Source: Candidatus Hodarchaeota archaeon
GTDB lineage: Archaea > Asgardarchaeota > Lokiarchaeia > Sigyniarchaeales > SOKP01
Assembly: GCA_048886685.1 (NCBI GenBank)
Contig: JBHLKM010000015.1
Span: 1-64,000 of the forward strand
Direction of reading: 5' to 3'
Length of the DNA: 64,000 nucleotides
Position 1 is the stretch's first letter. Each line of letters begins with the position of its first letter. This document shows, one piece after another, positions 9,577 to 19,780 of the stretch. The notes below the pieces were generated by a model. That model saw only the letters and a program-made list of their open reading frames with translations. It did no database searches and was not told the DNA's origin. Position numbers and translations under genes: made by a program.

Positions 9577-10566
9577 ATGGCAAATTGTGCTCACTGTGGG
9601 GATGAAATAATAGGAGAACCCTTTTATTGTAATAATTGCGGATATAATTATTGCATAAGACATAGAGAACCAGAAAATCACGACTGCAATATTATTAGAG
9701 AAAGTTCGGGATTACAACAATCTATATCCACACCACAAACTTATAGTCAAGAACCTCAAATCGCATCTATTTCTCAGGATCAATCATATCGACCTCCAAG
9801 TAGTCTAGGAGTAACTCGAGGGACTACAGATGGAACATATACTTGGTATCGCCAAGATTCTCAAGTTCCTGCAAATGCATTTGATCCAGATTCTGGGATA
9901 AATTTTAAAGGAATTTTACTACCTCATAAATCAGAATTATTTCATTTTGTAGTTGGGGTTTCATTAATTTTTATTATTGGTCTTTTAACCTTCTATCCGA
10001 GTTTAATCAATACAGGGTATGAATGGGCAATCTTCATGTTAGCGAGTTTTTATGCTACAGCTTTTTTCTTTCATGAACTTGGGCACAGACAAGTAGCGAA
10101 ACACTTTAATCTTCAGACTAAATTTAGATTGTTGACTTTTGGAATGATGCTAACAGTTATAGGAGTTTTGTTTAACATATATTCATTAACATCGGGGGGA
10201 GCAAGCTTTCCTTCATTAGCTTTACCTGGAGCTGTCGTTGTTTTGGGTTTGAGTAAAATAGATAGAACTACAGGACTGTGTAAAGCTGCTGGACCTATAG
10301 TAAATCTTGTATATGGTATAATTCTTTTTGCAATCTCCTTTATAATTCCCACATATCCACTGAATATGTTAATCGGATTAGCTGCGAATTTAAACTTCAT
10401 GTTAGGGACATTTAATATGCTTCCTATTGGCATTTTAGACGGGCAAAACATCTGGAAATGGAATAAAAAGGTATATCTTATGTTATGTGGTTCATTATTA
10501 ACATTATTAATAGTTACCTATGCGATTATTTATGCCCCGGTTAGTACAAATCCTTATATTATTTAG
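9577..10566 (+). CDS. AN1-type zinc finger fused to M50 (site-2) membrane metalloprotease
   Basis: CAHC...CNNC...YCIRHREPENHDC; HELGH, AAGPIVN, FNMLPIGILDG. Confidence 0.9.
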   Translation: MANCAHCGDEIIGEPFYCNNCGYNYCIRHREPENHDCNIIRESSGLQQSISTPQTYSQEPQIASISQDQSYRPPSSLGVTRGTTDGTYTWYRQDSQVPANAFDPDSGINFKGILLPHKSELFHFVVGVSLIFIIGLLTFYPSLINTGYEWAIFMLASFYATAFFFHELGHRQVAKHFNLQTKFRLLTFGMMLTVIGVLFNIYSLTSGGASFPSLALPGAVVVLGLSKIDRTTGLCKAAGPIVNLVYGIILFAISFIIPTYPLNMLIGLAANLNFMLGTFNMLPIGILDGQNIWKWNKKVYLMLCGSLLTLLIVTYAIIYAPVSTNPYII

Positions 10567-10723
10567 CTCAGAAGAAGTTCCATACCCCTCTATGGGTTTT
10601 TTAATGTTTTTTTATAAAAAATAAAAAGTAAAAATTATGAAGGATGATGATTTTAAATTATTATACTTTTGAATTCTTTAGCAAAGGGATTGAAAAATAT
10701 TATTGCCTTCTTGGTGATTTAGA

Positions 10724-11683
10724 CTGACATATTGCGAATTTTGTGGTGAACAGATCGGATATCTTCCTTTCACATGTAAATATTGCGGTGGTACATTTTG
10801 TAAGAAGCACAGACTACCAGAAAATCATGAATGTACTTTTGAATTAAAGCATGTCCCGGTTGTACCCACTACTCCAAGAAGTTCAAGTAAACGTCGTCAA
10901 GAGACAGTTCTAAAAAAGCCTACTTCTCAAGAATATTTAGATCAGGGACCTAGAGTATTACGGAAATATCTTAGGAGACAAGAGAAACAAAGAAAAAAAA
11001 CTCTAAGGACCTATGGAAGAACACAGAAATTAAGATCCCAATATAATTATACTCAGATATTATTTGCAGTGATAATTATAACTTCAATAACTGCTTTATT
11101 CTTTGACAGTTATGGAATTTCTCAATATATATATTTGAATTTTGATAAAGTACTGTTTGAATTCACAATTCACACGTTTCTTACAAGTCTTTTTGTAAGT
11201 ACTAGCAGTTTTGGTTTCGTGAATCCAACCGCAGTTATTAATTTGTTCTTTTTATTCTTTATGTTGTTCTTCTTATATTTTATGGCAAGAAACATAGAAT
11301 CTAGTTATGGATCATCATTTTTAATTAGGTTGTTTATTATAAGTGGATTATTTTCAGCATTATTCTATATTTTACTAAGATTATCATTACTTGGTATTTT
11401 ACCCTTAGATGATCCAACCCAGATATACGTCGGATTAGCATGGGGGGGAATATATGGTCTAATTTCATATATAATCTTTCCAACAATGAGGCCTGAAGTA
11501 AGAGCATTTATTCCAATGAGAATGTCGGGAAGATCTTTTTTGATAATGATAGTGTCGATGCGTTTAATGTTTGGTTTATTTTATGCGCTTATCTCACCTA
11601 TTTATATTCTGTTTTATTTTCCGGAGCTAGGAGGGATCTTAGGTTCCTATCTTGTATATAAATATAAATTTCTAAGTCATTAA
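10724..11683 (+). CDS. AN1-type zinc finger fused to a rhomboid-fold membrane domain, probably inactive; CTG start, 319 aa
   Basis: Frame extends 115 codons upstream of the tracked ORF: CEFC...[23 protein letters not shown]. Rhomboid-like FLTSLF, IESSYGS; GLAWGG and ELGG in place of GxSG and HxGG. Confidence 0.8.
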   Translation: MTYCEFCGEQIGYLPFTCKYCGGTFCKKHRLPENHECTFELKHVPVVPTTPRSSSKRRQETVLKKPTSQEYLDQGPRVLRKYLRRQEKQRKKTLRTYGRTQKLRSQYNYTQILFAVIIITSITALFFDSYGISQYIYLNFDKVLFEFTIHTFLTSLFVSTSSFGFVNPTAVINLFFLFFMLFFLYFMARNIESSYGSSFLIRLFIISGLFSALFYILLRLSLLGILPLDDPTQIYVGLAWGGIYGLISYIIFPTMRPEVRAFIPMRMSGRSFLIMIVSMRLMFGLFYALISPIYILFYFPELGGILGSYLVYKYKFLSH

Positions 11684-11785
11684 AATTATTTTTTGACTTA
11701 TACTTAAAATTGATAAAAATTATCAAGGAAAAAGACTTTATCTTCATATTTAAATTAATCATTGCACATTTTTTGATATTGTATA

Positions 11786-12442
11786 ATGCCTGAAAATGAA
11801 CCTTCACTTATAATTGAATTAAATGAAGATTTAATTGCAAATAATGATAAGTTAGCCGAGGAAAATGGGAAGATTTTAAAGGAACTTAATATAAAATCTG
11901 TTGATTTTGTAGGAGCAATTGGTGCTGGAAAAACAGCTATTATTGAAAGCATAGTCAAAGAAATTTCAAAGGAATATGGAGTTCTTGTCGTTAATGGTGA
12001 TGTAACGACAAGGGTTGATGCTGATAGGATCGAAAAACATGGAGTAAATACAATACAGATTAATACTGGCAGAGAATGTGCTCTTAATTCTTATCATATC
12101 TCTCAAGTGATAAAAAATTACGATTTACACGAAATAAATCTTCTCTTTATTGAGAACGTAGGAAACTTAATTTGTCCATCTGATTTTATCTTAGGCACTG
12201 ACAAAAGAGTTGTAATAGTTTCTATTACTGAGGGGCCCTGGGTAATACGTAAACATCCAATGTTGTTTAAATATTCTGATATTGCAGTAATTAATAAAAT
12301 AGATTTAATAGATGTAATGGATGTAAACATCGAGGAAATGATAGAAGATGCTAAACAAATTAACCCCCATCTTAAGATTTTTACAACAAGTGCTTTAACT
12401 GGAGAAAATATCCCTCAGCTAATAAATGAGATAATTAAATAA
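11786..12442 (+). CDS. hypB: HypB/UreG-family metallochaperone GTPase
   Basis: GAIGAGKT, DADRI, QINTG, ENVGNLICP, SITEG, NKID. Confidence 0.9.
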   Translation: MPENEPSLIIELNEDLIANNDKLAEENGKILKELNIKSVDFVGAIGAGKTAIIESIVKEISKEYGVLVVNGDVTTRVDADRIEKHGVNTIQINTGRECALNSYHISQVIKNYDLHEINLLFIENVGNLICPSDFILGTDKRVVIVSITEGPWVIRKHPMLFKYSDIAVINKIDLIDVMDVNIEEMIEDAKQINPHLKIFTTSALTGENIPQLINEIIK

Positions 12443-12502
12443 ATTAAGAATAAAAGCAAAAGAATATAATATTATTATTAAGGAAAATTATTCTGATGTA
12501 TC

Positions 12503-12919
12503 ATGTCAATTAGGCAATATAATACAGAATTAGGAACTTTAATTGATAAAATCGTTAAGGTATATATTGATAAGGATAAGTTTTTTGTAGGTCAATTGAA
12601 GGGAATTTCAGAGGATTCAAACCTCATTCTTGTTAATGCGAAAAATGAAAAGAATAAAGTATTTCCTAAGTTGTTTATAAGAAGCAATTTCTATAATTTT
12701 GTGAGTTTAGAAGAAGAACCTTTTCCTATGCTAGCTCTCAGTGAAAGAATTGCTACGATTTTTTCAAAGGGTCATGTCAACTATATTGAAGACCAAAATA
12801 TAATCTCGATTCTAAGCGGGAAAATAATTGTAGATGAATCGGGGGTGCGCGGAGAAGGTCCTAGCGCAGACCGTGTGAGAAAGATTTACGAGCAATTCAA
12901 GTTGGATTTAGAAGATTAA
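12503..12919 (+). CDS. Lsm/Sm-like protein with C-terminal extension (SmAP3-like)
   Basis: Sm1 FVGQLKG...NLILVNA and Sm2 KLFIRSN, then a C-terminal domain ending GEGPSADRV. Confidence 0.8.
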   Translation: MSIRQYNTELGTLIDKIVKVYIDKDKFFVGQLKGISEDSNLILVNAKNEKNKVFPKLFIRSNFYNFVSLEEEPFPMLALSERIATIFSKGHVNYIEDQNIISILSGKIIVDESGVRGEGPSADRVRKIYEQFKLDLED

Positions 12920-12937
12920 TTTTTTTCATTTTTTATT

Positions 12938-13444
12938 TTATTCTTTAAATAAATTCAACAAGTTCTTCAGTTGAATATCTGCTATGATGCTTTTCATGAT
13001 GGCTTTTCCTAATGGTGCCACTTTTATTATTCCTAACTCATCGAATATTCTTAGATAATCATTCTCAATTAGAAATTGTATATCACTATCCCAAATTTTA
13101 GCAAAAATTTCTTTCAAATCTTCAATTTTTATATTCTCATCAACTTCTTTGCTTAAAGCCACTATTAATGCTAGAGCACCATATTGAGAGGGCGTGACAT
13201 TATCATCCTTACCATCAGAGGTTAAAATATAAAAAGTTTGTTCGAGAAATTTAGTTTTAATGAGTTCAAAACCGATATTGTTTAAATTCACATAAACCTC
13301 GCTTAAAACTTGTTCAAAATTTAAATCTTTACTTAAGTTCTTAAGATCTTCTTCTCGAATCATCTTCTGAGGATTAGTTAATATGATTTTCGTAATATTT
13401 TTTACAACTTCTTCAGTTTCTTTTAATTCCATTTTTTTTATCAT
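12938..13444 (-). CDS. Tandem winged-helix protein, KITE (ScpB/MukE/Nse1/Nse3-MAGE)-like
   Basis: LNNIGFELIK...FYILTS, YGALALIVAL, FLIENDYL...IKVAPLG; last gene after the SMC-like ORF. Confidence 0.55.
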   Translation of the reverse strand: MIKKMELKETEEVVKNITKIILTNPQKMIREEDLKNLSKDLNFEQVLSEVYVNLNNIGFELIKTKFLEQTFYILTSDGKDDNVTPSQYGALALIVALSKEVDENIKIEDLKEIFAKIWDSDIQFLIENDYLRIFDELGIIKVAPLGKAIMKSIIADIQLKNLLNLFKE

Positions 13445-15042
13445 CCATTTTCTTGTATCGTTATTATTTTTAAGTTTTTTATTTCTTTTTTCATTTCTAG
13501 ATTTGAAAGAATAAAGATTAAATTAAAAGTAGAAAGATTTTTTTCGTTTTCAAAAAGTGGTAAGATTTTTCTTATTGTTCTGAAAATTGATCCTGCTTTA
13601 TTGTATATTCGAGGGATAAATAAATTTGAAAACATTACATTGTTATTTTTAACTTGGAGTTCTATTGAAATATAATATGTAATAATGAAAAAAATCTTTT
13701 CAGGTGTAGTTAATTCACTAAAAGTAATTTTTTCCCGATTATTTCGAATAAATTCAATTTTTATAAATAAATTCTTATTATCATTACTTAAATGAAATCT
13801 AAAATTAGATTTTAAATTGATTTCATGTAAGAATTTATTAATTAACGATTCAAGTTCATCAACTTTAGTTTCTAATCTTTGAAAAGATTCATATATTTCT
13901 CTAATTTGCTCTTCATCTTTTTCGATTTTAAATTTAGTCGGATGAGTCTTCAAGTTATCAATAATCTGATTTAATTTTTTTTTTATTTTGGATAAATCTT
14001 CTGGATTCTGAATATCATATAATTCTCTTGGAATTGAAATTATTTTCAATTGATCATCAGCTTTTTTAATGTCATCCTCAATATCTTGTTTGGATCTTAC
14101 CGATTTCAAATCAATTCCATTAAAGTTTTTATGAGAACCATTTTTAGTTTCCATTATATTTTCTTTAAATTCAACTTGTAATTCTTCAACTCTCTGTTCA
14201 TCTGTTTTAATTATATTTTTTAGTTTATCGTAATCCCGTTTATATGTTTCATAGAGGGGATTAAATTCATTGTACTTTAATTTAGTTTCGTCGATTTTCA
14301 AATTAAGTTCATTAATCTCACTTTGTACTTCTTTAGCTTTTGTCTGAAAAGCTTTTATTTTTTGAGCATTCGTTAAACTATTATCAATTTCTGGGAAAAG
14401 ATTTGATTCTTCTTTTTCTTTGATGGGACTTCCAGACATCGCACGAGTTATTTTATTAATCTGATTAAAAAATTCTTTTTTCTGTTTTGTTAAATTTTTG
14501 ACTTTTAACTCATAATTTTTAATGGTATTATTAATCTGGTCAATTTGATTTTTTCTTTGAAGATAGTCTTCTTCAAGATATTGTAATTTCTTTTTATTAT
14601 CATTAATAGACTTATTTAACTTATTTAGTAAATCAGAAATTGCAGCGATATCACTAATTTTGGTAAATTTATCCGTAATTTCGAATTCTCTTAAAAGATT
14701 TTCCTTCTTTTTCAAAAGCGAGTTAAATTTAAGAATTAATAACATAGATTGTAGAATCTCACTGTATTCAGAGACAAATTCAATATTTTTTTTCATAAGA
14801 TCATGAAATTTATTAAGAAGAGTTACCAGATCTATACCTTTTTCTAAATTATAGGAAGTATCTAATCGTTTCTCATAGATCTCACTAAATTTTTTTAAAG
14901 GAATTAGATCAATATTCTCAAGAATTTCGGAGAAGACTTCATTTTTAAGATATTTTACCATATCTTTTTTAAATCTTCCCTTTATTACCGTATATCTATC
15001 TTGAATTGGAATTTCTTTAGAACCAATGGAAACTTTAAACAA
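13441..15042 (-). CDS. SMC/Rad50-like coiled-coil protein with degenerate ABC-ATPase head
   Basis: Long heptad coiled coil flanked by eroded Walker A (YTVIKGRFKK), signature (FSELTTPEK), Walker B (VMFSN) and H-loop (LIFILS). Confidence 0.65.
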   Translation of the reverse strand: MFKVSIGSKEIPIQDRYTVIKGRFKKDMVKYLKNEVFSEILENIDLIPLKKFSEIYEKRLDTSYNLEKGIDLVTLLNKFHDLMKKNIEFVSEYSEILQSMLLILKFNSLLKKKENLLREFEITDKFTKISDIAAISDLLNKLNKSINDNKKKLQYLEEDYLQRKNQIDQINNTIKNYELKVKNLTKQKKEFFNQINKITRAMSGSPIKEKEESNLFPEIDNSLTNAQKIKAFQTKAKEVQSEINELNLKIDETKLKYNEFNPLYETYKRDYDKLKNIIKTDEQRVEELQVEFKENIMETKNGSHKNFNGIDLKSVRSKQDIEDDIKKADDQLKIISIPRELYDIQNPEDLSKIKKKLNQIIDNLKTHPTKFKIEKDEEQIREIYESFQRLETKVDELESLINKFLHEINLKSNFRFHLSNDNKNLFIKIEFIRNNREKITFSELTTPEKIFFIITYYISIELQVKNNNVMFSNLFIPRIYNKAGSIFRTIRKILPLFENEKNLSTFNLIFILSNLEMKKEIKNLKIITIQENG

Positions 15043-15077
15043 ATTTGCTGAGATCTTAAAACACTTTAGTTTAGGAT

Positions 15078-16118
15078 TTAGATTTCTTCAAAATGATCTT
15101 TATATTTCTTATACTCTTTTTCTTTTTTGATTTTTCTTTCCCTAATTAAATCAAGAGGATCCTTTTCATCATCTTTCTGAATAAAATATTTTTCGGCAAA
15201 ACTCTTGTCTAACTTAGATTTAAATTTTTCGATTTTTTCCGAAACCTCATCACTGATTTCTATTTTTTTCGGTTTTTTATCCGTAGTTCTTATATCACTT
15301 AATTTTTCTCTAGCCTTTTTACGAATTTTTCTCTCAAAAGCTTTATCGGATAATTTTAAGTAGTCATTGTATGCTTCCTTTTGTTCTTCTTGTTTCTTTT
15401 TCAATTTTTCTAATTCTTCTCTTTCTTTTACTTTTGCTATAAATTCTTTTTTTGTCTTCAGTTCTTTTTGGGTCAATTTACTCTCGAAATCTTGTAGAAA
15501 TTCTGAAAAGCTGATATTTGGATTTTCGAGAAAGGTGGCTTCAAAGTCTTTTATTAACGATATATCAGTATCTTCAGGTATTTTACTTAATTCCAACTTG
15601 AGTCTATCTTGTATTAGACTATAGTAGTATATCTCAATTTTTTTTATAGTTTTTAAAAAAAGTGAGTTTTGTTTTAAAGAATCTAAGATTTCTAACCATT
15701 GAACAACTTCTATTGACGGGACATATGATATCTCATGGATAGTTTTGTTAATCTTTTTTCTTTCAATCAAATATAATCCAATTTCTCTTAAATTCTCTTG
15801 ATTTAATTTTAGTTTCTTTAATTTCTCTTGTTTTTTTTCTTTATATTTTTTGATCAAACTCTCTTGAAGACTCAAAAAAATATTTATATTATCCTTTGAT
15901 ATGTCTTCCAAAATATCTTTTAGATCATTCATTAAATGTGTAATTTCATTAATTTGAGAAAGAAAAACTTTATCAGTAAAAATGTAAATTATTGACTGCT
16001 TGAATGTCTTGACCTTTTCAGAATCTTCATTTAATTGAAATATTTTTGCTTGAATCTCATCGATTGAGGATGTTAGATCCTTAATTTTTTCAAGGTTGAA
16101 CAATTGGGTTTCTGTCAT
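15078..16118 (-). CDS. Charged coiled-coil hypothetical protein
   Basis: K/E-rich helical ORF; ATG at 16118 avoids overlap with the AAA gene. Confidence 0.75.
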   Translation of the reverse strand: MTETQLFNLEKIKDLTSSIDEIQAKIFQLNEDSEKVKTFKQSIIYIFTDKVFLSQINEITHLMNDLKDILEDISKDNINIFLSLQESLIKKYKEKKQEKLKKLKLNQENLREIGLYLIERKKINKTIHEISYVPSIEVVQWLEILDSLKQNSLFLKTIKKIEIYYYSLIQDRLKLELSKIPEDTDISLIKDFEATFLENPNISFSEFLQDFESKLTQKELKTKKEFIAKVKEREELEKLKKKQEEQKEAYNDYLKLSDKAFERKIRKKAREKLSDIRTTDKKPKKIEISDEVSEKIEKFKSKLDKSFAEKYFIQKDDEKDPLDLIRERKIKKEKEYKKYKDHFEEI

Positions 16119-16155
16119 ATTTAATTTAGAGAATTTTATTTGGATTTGATTTCTA

Positions 16156-17265
16156 TTATATTTCTGGGGGACCAGGTAAGTCTTTTCTTCCACCCTCACT
16201 AATTTTAGATCTATTAGCAATGATCTTAGTACTACTTAAAACATCTTGTCTTTCAACGTGGATTGCCGTCCCACCAACTAGTCGTAATGAATTAAAAAAT
16301 ATATCATAAGTAAGTAATTCAGTACTAATAGCTTTTAATAAAGCAACTCTTGTTCCTCTTTCAATATCAGAACCAGAATATCCATATGTTAACTTTAAAA
16401 GTCCGTCTATGCTTCCTTTTTTACTAATTTCCTCCCATAAAACATTATCATCGAATTCAGAGATTTTTCGTCCTAATTTGTTCTGTAATTCCTTAACGAC
16501 CAATTGAATTTCTTTATATTCATTGTTTAAATTCGAAAATATTAAATTATCCACGCCTATTTTTGCTTTTTTTATTTTATTAACAAATGATTCAATGATT
16601 TGTTTACGCAGGTGATAATCAGGGAAGTCGAATTCAAAATGGAACGTGAACCGGCGCCAAATAGCTGAATCAAGCTGATGTTGGTGATTAGTAGCACCAA
16701 AGATTGCTAATGGGACACCTTCATAATTAATTCTGTCAATAACTTGTAAAAAAGATATTACCGCTCTTTTAATTTCCCCGACTTCATGAATGTTTGATCT
16801 TTCGGAGCCTATAGCATCAATTTCATCGAAAAAAAGGATAAAGGCTCCTCTTTCTTTTGAAATATCTGCTGCTAGTTCAACAACACCTCTAATGTTTTTT
16901 ATTGTGTCTCCTAACAATGGTGATACGAGTCTATCAGATTCTACAATACATATAGGTATATCGTATTTTTTGGCAAATCCTCTTGTCAAAGAAGTTTTAC
17001 CAGTACCAGGAGGCCCATATAGAAGTACTGTTAAATTAGGTGTTAGTTTTGTATCTTTTAGTTGTTCTGTAAACTCCTCATATTTTATTAAGGCTTTGAA
17101 AAAGTCGTCTAATAATTCTTTTTTTACTTCATTACCCAAGATATCTTCTACAGATTCCTTTATATCTGCTGAAAGATAAACAGCACCATATTTGGCAAGA
17201 CGTTCTTTAATTATATCATCTGTAAAAGTAATTCTTACTTCATTTTCGATATTTTTTTTACTAAT
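16156..17265 (-). CDS. AAA+ ATPase (classical clade, single domain), probable ATT start
   Basis: [18 protein letters not shown]...LDSAIWRRF, GYSGSDI; frame open 42 codons upstream of the tracked start, to ATT after GTGAG. Confidence 0.9.
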   Translation of the reverse strand: MSKKNIENEVRITFTDDIIKERLAKYGAVYLSADIKESVEDILGNEVKKELLDDFFKALIKYEEFTEQLKDTKLTPNLTVLLYGPPGTGKTSLTRGFAKKYDIPICIVESDRLVSPLLGDTIKNIRGVVELAADISKERGAFILFFDEIDAIGSERSNIHEVGEIKRAVISFLQVIDRINYEGVPLAIFGATNHQHQLDSAIWRRFTFHFEFDFPDYHLRKQIIESFVNKIKKAKIGVDNLIFSNLNNEYKEIQLVVKELQNKLGRKISEFDDNVLWEEISKKGSIDGLLKLTYGYSGSDIERGTRVALLKAISTELLTYDIFFNSLRLVGGTAIHVERQDVLSSTKIIANRSKISEGGRKDLPGPPEI

Positions 17266-17306
17266 TTTCTCTCATCTCACATATTATTTATTCTTATTCT
17301 TAATTC

Positions 17307-18608
17307 TCAGATTTTTGTACAAAAAATCGCAATTTCATTAATAAATTCTTTAAGGTTATCAATTTGAGATCCTATAAAATTAAATATTTCTTTACGATAT
17401 TGAACAGAATCTCGAATTTTCATCTTATCTACACCGAGGTAATTGGGAAAACATATAAGTTTCATTAAATAAGGAAGAATCTTCTCATTTGTTTGTAAAT
17501 CTTTAAATATTGCATAAAAAATATTTTCATCAGACATTTTCCATTTCAAAATACCCATATAAATCAAAAAAGCAAAATTCATTGAAATCCAATTTACCAA
17601 TTCCTTTGATAGAAATCCTCTTCTTTGAGATGCAAATGCCAAATAATAAGTTATCAGTGTTTCATTGCTAAATTGAGGTAATAATCTTATAGTACCATCC
17701 GTTTGTTTAATTTCACGTAAATAGTTATTATCAAGTAAAATGTCAACAAAATCTTCTTGTGGTGCAAGAAATATACCATCAATTAGCCGTAAACCTATAC
17801 GCTCTACCACTTTTTCAATAGCTTCTTCTTCAGCATTCGCAATTGATTCAATGTATGGTAAAAATACATCATTTTTTAAAATCATTGGAATTTCATAATT
17901 CTTTTTTTCAGGAAATTCCCCAAAATTTGGATCTAAATTATAGAGTGAGGTAATATTATTAATAATTTGATATATTTTTGGAGTCATTACTGGAATTTCA
18001 AAATAATCTGGACTTTCTAATTTTTCTCTATAATAGGTATGGGATTGTAATATATGACGTTGGCATTCATAGAAAGTTGGTGAATTTTGTAATAATTTTT
18101 CATATATAATTTTTAAATTAGAGCCCCTTGGGAACACTTTTTCTTCAATGAATTTGACTAATTGATAGAGATATGTATTCTCTAGGTTAACTTCATCAGG
18201 ATTTGTGATATGACGTAATACGTTCAATGCATCTACAGATTCATGCAGAAAGTCTATTATATAATCTTTAATATCTATTATTGGAATTTCTTCTCGATAT
18301 TTTACTATAAAATCTTTAATTATTTCATATACGTTTGATCTGTACATAGCAGAAAATTCTGAGAGCGCTCTGACTTTACGTATATTTCTTTTTTCTTCCT
18401 CTTGACGGATTTTATCTAACACTTCTGTGTCTAGTAATAGATCAGGATCTAATTCAATGATTATTCTTCTAGTTTCTCTTAAAATTGGCCGCATATGACT
18501 TATAAAAGTTAAATATCGAGGGAGAATATCGGTCCATTTTTCCCGTTTTCTCCCAGGTTTTATAGTTCTTGTTGCCTTTTTTTTATAACTCATTCTTAAA
18601 TACTTCAA
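17307..18608 (-). CDS. Hypothetical protein in the SMC-like operon
   Basis: 433-aa ORF, tightly co-oriented; no motif recognised. Confidence 0.8.
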   Translation of the reverse strand: MKYLRMSYKKKATRTIKPGRKREKWTDILPRYLTFISHMRPILRETRRIIIELDPDLLLDTEVLDKIRQEEEKRNIRKVRALSEFSAMYRSNVYEIIKDFIVKYREEIPIIDIKDYIIDFLHESVDALNVLRHITNPDEVNLENTYLYQLVKFIEEKVFPRGSNLKIIYEKLLQNSPTFYECQRHILQSHTYYREKLESPDYFEIPVMTPKIYQIINNITSLYNLDPNFGEFPEKKNYEIPMILKNDVFLPYIESIANAEEEAIEKVVERIGLRLIDGIFLAPQEDFVDILLDNNYLREIKQTDGTIRLLPQFSNETLITYYLAFASQRRGFLSKELVNWISMNFAFLIYMGILKWKMSDENIFYAIFKDLQTNEKILPYLMKLICFPNYLGVDKMKIRDSVQYRKEIFNFIGSQIDNLKEFINEIAIFCTKI

Positions 18609-18617
18609 CTCTTTCTA

Positions 18618-19757
18618 TTATTGTTCGTCGTATCCAACTAAAATTTCAGTGAAAATATTAGATATTTCTACAAAGATTGGTATTTCTACCCTACACAAAT
18701 TACCTAAGATCCATTTATTAACATCTTTAAGGAGGAATCTTATTTGATTATGAATTTTTTTATTAATTTCAGAATCAACAATTTTTGAAAGCCACAATCC
18801 TCCTCCTATCCTATATGCTACAATTTTTATTAAAGGTTCGAAAAGAGGCTCTAAAACTTGTTTTATCATCCAAGATTTTGGAATAATGCTCATATTTTCT
18901 GCTTTAAAAGCAGGATCGTTTAAAATAGGATTTGTTTCATCAACTGATAATTTAGGCATAAAGCTTAGTAATAATATTAGTGCAAAAATTGCAGAAATCC
19001 CATTTATTGTAAAAGAGCCTCCAATCTTATCGAGATCATCTCGATAAATGGCAATATTAGCGAGGAACATGCAAATAAACACATTTCTATCGAAATCTTC
19101 AGAAACATATGCATATCCTAAATCGGCATCAATAATTAAATATTTTTCTTCAAGTATTTTTATGATGTCATTTGGAAAGGTATAAAATGTATATACTTTT
19201 TCCTCACTTCTTCTTATATCCTTTTCAATTAGTAGTTCCTTTGAAACAAGTCCAAACATATTTACTAATTCTTCAAGTTGCTTCTTAATATAATGCCTAG
19301 GTTTATTAGGATCTCCAAACATAGCAAAAAATTGGTGATCAACAATATGAAAATCGTTTCTCTTACTAAATGCTTCCACCATTCTATCTATTATTGGTCC
19401 TTGAGTTCCTGAAGCAATTGCTTTAGCTTTTGATGTTACAAATCCATTCAATAGCTCATTTATAATAAAATCTTGTTCATGTGTTCTGGATTTCAATATT
19501 TTCTCGAATGCTTCAGAAAAACTTGTAGTATTTGGGAAAAAAGCATTTTGAATTTTATCATTTATCGATTTAATAAAAATATCCCCATTATTTTTAGGGA
19601 AATGAAGATTCATATTACTTAATCTCTGGGTAAGCGCTTCTTTTGCTCCTGGAATATTTTCAACATCTCTTTTCTGTAATTCTTCTATTGCACTTTCAAG
19701 TCCATTCTCAAAATCATTCAATAACATTTTCCAGGTTGTGTCTTGGACTTCTGTCAT
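18618..19757 (-). CDS. Hypothetical protein, possible internal winged helix
   Basis: 379-aa ORF; QLEELVNMFGLVSK...VYTFYT resembles a wHTH recognition helix plus wing. Confidence 0.75.
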   Translation of the reverse strand: MTEVQDTTWKMLLNDFENGLESAIEELQKRDVENIPGAKEALTQRLSNMNLHFPKNNGDIFIKSINDKIQNAFFPNTTSFSEAFEKILKSRTHEQDFIINELLNGFVTSKAKAIASGTQGPIIDRMVEAFSKRNDFHIVDHQFFAMFGDPNKPRHYIKKQLEELVNMFGLVSKELLIEKDIRRSEEKVYTFYTFPNDIIKILEEKYLIIDADLGYAYVSEDFDRNVFICMFLANIAIYRDDLDKIGGSFTINGISAIFALILLLSFMPKLSVDETNPILNDPAFKAENMSIIPKSWMIKQVLEPLFEPLIKIVAYRIGGGLWLSKIVDSEINKKIHNQIRFLLKDVNKWILGNLCRVEIPIFVEISNIFTEILVGYDEQ

Positions 19758-19780
19758 AACATTCTCTTCGCTCTATTTTT

